A DNA stretch of 54,241 bases from a virus (taxonomy: Duplodnaviria > Caudoviricetes). This document shows positions 53,638 through 54,241 of this stretch, one piece after another; positions within the stretch are counted from its first letter, which is position 1, and each line of letters begins with the position of its first letter. Both the position numbers and the translations under genes were made by a program. The stretch covers positions 1 through 54,241 of the IMG/VR virus record IMGVR_UViG_3300022074_000054. One strand, given 5' to 3'. Under the pieces are notes generated by a model, which was not told the origin of the DNA, did no database searches, and saw only the letters and a list, made by a program, of their open reading frames with translations.

Positions 53638-54241
53638 TGGTCGATTTTAGCAGGTTTACAATGGGCAGCCGACTTCCGGCGTTACCTGAGATAATTATAC
53701 CGCCGATAAACCCGGCGATTATTAAGCCTGCACCTGCTGTAAAAGCACCGGTAAAACAAGCGCCCATTCCGGTGCCGACTCCTGTGCCGACTCCCTTGCC
53801 GACTCCTTTGCCAACACCTGTAAACCCGCCGAAGCGTATGCCCGGTGAATCTGGCCCGATTATTGCGGAACCGAACGTGCCCCCCTTACCGATGCCTGCG
53901 CCCGCGCCAGTTCCAGTACCGCAGCCAATGCCTGCTCCCGCGCCAGCACCTGCTCCGGTTCCAGCACCTGCTCCGGTTCCTGTGCCGCCGATGCCTACGC
54001 CCGTGCCGTCGCCAACAACGATACCGGAATTAATTCTACCACCAACGCCTGTGCCGGTTAGAGAACCAGAGCGTGTAGTTTTTGAAGAGCCTCTTCCTAC
54101 ACCACCACCAGTTGCGGTAGCGCCACCTCCTCCGCCCATTCCGCAAGTAGCTCCTGCACCAACACCTGTAGCACCGCCGCCTGCTCCTGTAGCACCGCCG
54201 CCTGCTCCCGCACCGGCAGTGCCCCCTGTTATCCCACACAT
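53637..54241 (+). CDS. 5' part of the Pro-rich protein spanning the junction
   Basis: AAGGAG RBS, TGATG coupling; [23 protein letters not shown]...; no stop before the window end. Confidence 0.85.
   Translation, partial: MVDFSRFTMGSRLPALPEIIIPPINPAIIKPAPAVKAPVKQAPIPVPTPVPTPLPTPLPTPVNPPKRMPGESGPIIAEPNVPPLPMPAPAPVPVPQPMPAPAPAPAPVPAPAPVPVPPMPTPVPSPTTIPELILPPTPVPVREPERVVFEEPLPTPPPVAVAPPPPPIPQVAPAPTPVAPPPAPVAPPPAPAPAVPPVIPH
54113..54238. repeat. Terminal direct repeat (copy 2)
   Basis: Identical to bases 1-126. Confidence 0.95.

Noticed and set aside
53594-54241. Gly-rich minus-strand ORF, and similar shadow ORFs at 131-598, 385-915 and 11661-12323
   Set aside because: Antisense shadows of low-complexity Pro- or Val/Thr-rich plus-strand genes

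Overview
This window is an apparently complete, circularly assembled dsDNA tailed-phage genome of about 54.1 kb. Bases 1-126 repeat exactly at 54113-54238. It is podovirus-like: a P22-type portal, tail adaptor/nozzle proteins and large putative ejection proteins, with no tail sheath, integrase, RNA polymerase, tRNA or CRISPR recognised. Gene order: TerL, portal, lysis (3-TM holin, M15 endolysin), GroES, scaffold, major capsid, small basic proteins, tail and S74-chaperone fibre, internal proteins, then a replication module (SNF2 helicase, SSB-like, AEP primase, UvrD, PolA) and an early/regulatory region (41.2-48.0 kb) that also contains TerS. From recall, not a search, this resembles marine alphaproteobacterial podophages of the HTVC023P/CRP-901 kind. 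The main find is a candidate regulatory system. A ~70-nt sRNA (41648-41717) with its own sigma70 promoter and intrinsic terminator carries GTTCTCCGTAGTTGAT, which is antisense to a CAACTACGGAGAAC-type motif covering the RBS of six early genes. Nearly every promoter also carries an ATC(G/C)CATA-type operator-like box, with a ribbon-helix-helix candidate encoded next to the sRNA. Two consensus bacterial parS palindromes sit at the start of the terminase operon although the phage has no ParB. All function calls come from motif recognition by eye, not database searches.
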